From Felis catus (taxonomy: Eukaryota), in NCBI RefSeq assembly GCF_018350175.1, contig NC_058368.1:94924001-94988000 (forward strand): a stretch of DNA of 64,000 bases. The letters run 5' to 3'. This document shows, one piece after another, positions 62,102 through 64,000 of this stretch (the stretch's first letter is position 1; every line of letters starts with the position of its first letter). The position numbers were made by a program, and so were the translations under genes. Under the pieces are notes generated by a model. The model was given only the letters and a program-made list of their open reading frames with translations, was not told where the DNA came from and did not search any database.

Positions 62102-64000
62102 CCCTGCGTGACACGAATGGTATGCCAGAAAACGAACGTTTAGTTTTAAAGTCCAGCCTCATGGACTACTGAGGCAATGCATTGCCAGACTTTCAATATG
62201 ATTTCTAAAATAAATAAATAAATGCGGTGCTCCGTGGTCAAAGTATGAGGCTTTCATGGGTCTCGGGTATGACCGTTCTTTACTGCGGTTACCGTATTCT
62301 GACAAAGAACACAAGATTGACGTGATTTTGTTAGACAAACAAATCCCTCACACTTTCCCTTGGTACCTGACAGAAGCTTGACATATGGCCGAAAACACAG
62401 CAGCGCTGCTGTAAGAGAACCAGCCCAATTTGCTAGAGCAGAGAGCTTTTGGAAAAATGCCTGTGGTCTCTTTATCTGCCCCAGCATGAAGACACAGAGG
62501 GGAATTTCTGAGGCTCCCCATCTCTGTCACAGAGGCCATCAGGTAGTGGTTGGTACTACAGAGCCCAGATATGTCCTAGATTGGGTAGGCCCAGTCAGAA
62601 CTGAGTCCCAGGGCCAGAGGAGGCAGGTCCTCTGGGGAGCTCACCTCCGTTGGAGGCCTGCAGTCTTAGGTCAGGTCACCTTGCACCGACTCCGCTCAAA
62701 CAATGCATCGCCACCAAGCAACCTTAGATAGTGGTGGTTCAGGGCGTCTTTCCTCCTACTTTTGCATGATCAGGCGAGAATAAGCAGCTCAGGAAAATTC
62801 TCTTATATTTCTGGATTGAAGGAGGGACCGGAGCTCATTCCCCAAACCAAGGTCCTGCTTTATAATATTAAAAATGCCTAGCACAACAGTGTACTCAGCA
62901 GAGCTTAGTGCCTACAGATCTGCTGAGTTGAACTGAATCTGCAAATCCATAGAATTATATAAGACATTTTAAGTTACATTAAATTTCTGCTGTGTGCTTT
63001 TTAAATCATGCAGTGTAAGACCCATCAGCACTTAGGGTATATTTATTGCCTTAACAAATGTCAGATGATTGTGTCCAGTGTTATCTATTATTTATGAATA
63101 ACAAGAGCCTGCAGGACTGGAAACGATAAGCTTTAATATGTCCAAAAGGTTAGGCATAATGCAGATTGCTGCCCTATAAATTTCTTGACACTATTTTCCC
63201 TCCTAATAAAGCACTGTCAATGGTGACTATACCAAACTTCCATTATTTCTATACAGTTCATGGCTGCCTCTGCCTTCGGTGAAGAAATGTAATTGCAGAA
63301 ACATATTTAAAAAGAATGCATCCTTTTAAAAATTATGAAGTTTAACAAATAAGTGGAGTGGGAAATTCCTATTATCCCGTTAAAAATGAATCTGTTCACA
63401 AAGACGGTTCCCAGGCCGTAGGCTTACAAGAGCTTAAGAAACATTAATTAAAGATGACAAACCTCCGCACTGCCCGTAATTAGCTTTCTGACACCGATTA
63501 AGATCCCGTCTACTGTGCACTCGGTATGTTTGAGGATAGCCCACCTAATTTTCACTAGTGTACTGGAGGGCCTTTCTGTCATTCAAGGTGCTGGGAGACT
63601 TACATGTGCTGCAGCTTGTGTGGCTCCGTGCAGGCCGGCAACGCAGCCTAAACGCTTTGCAGGCCTCTTGACCTGTCCCTTGCACCGCCTGTGTCTCCCT
63701 GGGCCCGGTGCGCAAATACAGCTTTTCCGGCCTCTTTCTCTTTATGGTAAGGACGTGAGTTATGCATTCTGAGCAATGCTTGCAGCTTTTGGGGCCGTTC
63801 TCATGTCCAATGTCAAGAAAGAGAAGCTGTCTTCAGGAAATTTCCCACTTTCCATTCTTTTGCCCTTACTGGACCACTTTGTCTATGGAGCAGTGAGGTT
63901 TGCAAAGTGAAACTTGGAACAAGCATTTTTTTTTTTTGGTGGGGGGGGGTGGGTCTGTTTACTTTTAAACTCTGGGACATGAGGCTATCAGTAAGGTTTG

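Larger units (their letters stand above)
53683..64000 (-). other. SEMA6A: Last intron of SEMA6A (3' portion, more than 10.3 kb)
   Basis: Lies upstream of the terminal acceptor. No SEMA6A-like peptide appears in the ORF track for this interval, although short exons could be missed. Confidence 0.8.

Overview
Mammalian genomic DNA from a felid, judged by about 43 Feliformia-type CanSINE (SINEC) copies and carnivore L1 3' ends. The only protein-coding sequence I can support is the terminal exon of SEMA6A (semaphorin 6A) on the minus strand. It has its acceptor at 53683/53682, CDS 53682-52484 (transmembrane helix plus whole cytoplasmic tail), a 3' UTR of about 3.2 kb and a distal AATAAA at 49327-49332. 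Bases 53683-64000 are last-intron sequence; I found no upstream coding exon. Bases 1-49300 are repeat-rich downstream intergenic DNA (SINEs, L1, L2, MIR, MaLR/ERV LTRs, MER5/MER20/MER33). I see no evidence for a new multi-gene system. The best leads are regulatory: a CpG-dense last exon with plus-strand splice signals suggesting an antisense transcript, an in-frame intronic ATG before the TM exon, a miRNA-site cluster split by alternative poly(A) signals, a (TG)n(CG)9G11 tract in the UTR, and a solo LTR that keeps its promoter but has no poly(A) signal. Repeat family names come from recalled consensus sequences and their boundaries are approximate.
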